Shown here in pieces: positions 61,592 through 64,000 of a stretch of 64,000 nt of DNA. The position numbers and the translations under genes were made by a program. Numbering within the stretch: position 1 is the first letter of the stretch; each line of letters begins with the position of its first letter. The notes beneath the pieces were generated by a model, which was not told the origin of the DNA, searched no databases, and worked only from the letters and a program-made list of their open reading frames with translations. The DNA is taken from contig JBEWZL010000209.1 in the NCBI GenBank assembly GCA_045837725.1, forward strand, positions 62,001-126,000, written 5' to 3'. Origin of the DNA: Vermamoeba vermiformis (Eukaryota).

Positions 61592-64000
61592 ATGTCCGCT
61601 CTCGGTGCTGCGAAGATAAAGCTCTTTTTAGCGAATCTTGTGGATCATTACAGCAAGAGTTCAGTGAGCGCTAAAAACAAGTTCAGTGGTCGTCAAACAC
61701 TCCTCGGCACTGGCTTGGTATTGTTCGGCGCTGTAGTGACGATATATAAGAGGATTCAATTCAACAAAGTTAAAAAAGAGCGAGAGATCGAAACGACTAC
61801 GAAGATCACACCAGCTACCAAGCAAAATAATAAGGTGAAAGTAGACAAGCTATTCTTTAAGAGATTGGGCGATATTTTGAAGATTATTGTGCCCTCGTGG
61901 AAGTCCACTGAGGCCCTACATCTGATCGTCTTGACTATTCTCTTGTATTCCCGCACTATATTGAGGTATGTATGCACTAATATATGAACGCGTCGTATCG
62001 ATGTACTGTCATGTCGGAATAACGACTACGGGCCATAGTAAGGCCCGATAAATGACACATCTCCATTCAACCGTCACTAACGCTTGAATCCAGCATTAAA
62101 GTCGCTGATATTACTGGCAAGAATGCTCAATACATCGTGCAGAAGAACTTGAAGGACATATTCTTGGGCATAGTGCAGTTCGCGCTGATTGGTGTGCCTG
62201 CGTCGCTCGTCAACAGTGGCTTGCGTTACGCAACGGATTCGCTGTCGTTATTGTTCAGAAAACGACTGACCGATCATGTGAACAACGAGTACTTGAAGGG
62301 CACTAACTTCTATAAGGCCTCCAACTTGGGCGGTGAGAGCAGAATTGACAACGCGTAAGTAGCGGATCTAACCTTAGAAGTGCTGTTCGAACCAGATGAT
62401 TGATGCGTATATAGCGATCAACGAGTGACAAGAGATATTGAACGTTTCAGCGAGTCATTGAGCTCATTGTACGCGACTATCTTCAAGCCATTGTTGGATG
62501 TGATCTTGTTTACGTACAAATTAGCTCTCGTGCTAGGTCCTCAAGGTCCTGCGCTTATATTTACTTATTACTTCTTCAACGCACTCGTCAAGCGATTCTT
62601 GATGCCCGCCTTTGGTAAAGTAAGCAAAGTCTCGAATAATTTTTAGATCTCGGATATGCTCTCGAGAGGAATAAGAAGCTAATATAACGCTCTTATTAGT
62701 TGACGGCGCGCGAGTCAGAACTCGAAGGCGACTATCGCATGGCACATCAACGGCTCATCACCAACAGCGAGGAGATCGCGTTCTACGACGGCAGCAAGCG
62801 CGAGAAAGAGATCATTTCGCGCCTATTTATGGGCGTCTATCACCACGCCAACTACTTCAACCACCTCAAGTTCTTGGTCGGCATATTCGACGAGTTCTTA
62901 GTCAAGTACGGTGCGAGCATCATTGGCTATGTGATCTTAGCGCTGCCCATCATTCAAGGTACGCCGTTAATAGGCCCCTATTCATATAGAGCTCTATACT
63001 CACCTCACACAGGCCGCACTGGCTCCAAGACCACCGCTGATCTCACGGGAGATTTCGTCCGAAATAGGCAATTGCTGATTTCACTCGCCAAGGCCATTGG
63101 TCAGCTCATCGTGCTCTTCAACAAAGGTACGTGTTTGACACGTGTCGCCAGTACACCTCCGCTCACTTGCCTTATTTAGTCACCATGCTCGCGGGTCTGA
63201 CAGCACGTGTCGCGGAATTACTCGAAATGGTCAAGACACTTGAAGGCGCGGGCAATGCTCCGTTTGAACTGCGCGATGATGACACGCGTCAAAAGGTGAC
63301 TCAGGCCGCACCCGAATCGCAGCCTGCTGACGTATACAAACAAGGTAAGTGGCACTTTGACACCTGTCACTCGACCAATGGCTAATGATACGTGTCAGAC
63401 GAGCACATTGACGCGTGGCTTGCCTCGTTCAGTGAACGCAAAACAGCGCAGCGAACACGTGTCATTTCGAATCCTCCAAGCGAGGCTGAGCTGCAGCAGT
63501 TAGCCGCGTCGAGCAAACAGCGCGGAGTGTTGCTGGAGGGCGAGCTGATCAAATTCATGAACGTGTCGATTGTGTCGCCTGAAGGCAAGTTGTTGGCACG
63601 TGACATGTCATTTGAAGTCAAGCGCGGTCAGAATGTCATCATCACTGGCCCCAACGGTGCTGGCAAGAGCAGTTTGTTCCGCATTCTCGTACGTAGCACA
63701 CGTGACACTTTGATGCAAACCACTGGTTGACACGTGTCACAGGGTGAACTCTGGCCCCTGCACTGCGGTGTAGTGGTCAAGCCGCGCAAAGAGGACGTTT
63801 TGTTTGTGCCGCAAAAGCCTTATTTGGTGTTGGGCACTCTGCGCGATCAGGTCATTTATCCGCACAAAGGTCAGTGTTTGACACGTGTCACTTGGCAAAG
63901 ACTAACCCATCATTGCAGAGGTTGACATGAAGGCAGCAGGAGTGACAGACTCGGACCTCGAACGACTGATGGACATTGTGGACCCTTCGCGCACCATCCT
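61592..64000 (+). CDS. ABCD: Peroxisomal ABC half-transporter (ABCD/PMP70 family), continues past the window end
   Basis: [21 protein letters not shown] (EAA-like), [14 protein letters not shown] and PQKPYL. Confidence 0.93.

Larger units (their letters stand above)
9965..63890. repeat. Dispersed 12-bp palindrome TGACACGTGTCA (at least 13 perfect copies, many 1-mismatch variants)
   Basis: Perfect copies start at 9965, 23476, 31098, 47766, 48253, 48628, 50691, 52984, 53315, 59778, 60194, 63728 and 63879. Confidence 0.92.

Noticed and set aside
47760-63920. Introner/MITE family explaining the palindrome-bearing introns
   Set aside because: Outside the 12-14 bp motif the introns share no visible similarity, terminal repeats or TSDs.

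Overview
This is a gene-dense eukaryotic window, probably from an amoebozoan-like protist (inferred). It uses the standard genetic code and has short GT-AG introns, mostly 45-110 nt. It holds about 30 genes: Hsp101/ClpB, Rap1, a two-pore channel, F-box/LRR paralogues, two Cys-rich surface proteins, a Drs2/ATP8A-type flippase, a GH15 glucoamylase-like protein, a quinone oxidoreductase, a CHD remodeller with a FYR domain, HslV, SDE2, Amt, a mitochondrial carrier, an M1 aminopeptidase, a 2OG oxygenase, PBDC1, a WD40 protein and an ABCD transporter. Three things stand out. (1) A highly iterated palindrome, TGACACGTGTCA (core CACGTG), has at least 13 perfect copies. It sits at two preferred positions in otherwise unrelated introns, and its core saturates some exons enough to imprint His-Val-Thr on the proteins, reminiscent of cyanobacterial HIP1. 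(2) A complete 323-bp TRIM-type mini LTR retrotransposon (identical 71-bp TG..CA LTRs, tRNA-iMet-like PBS, PPT, 4-bp TSD) is inserted at the stop codon of a catalytically degenerate Fic gene. (3) Intronless NADAR-like and Fic genes are candidates for lateral acquisition. Gene models were spliced by eye and boundaries are approximate.
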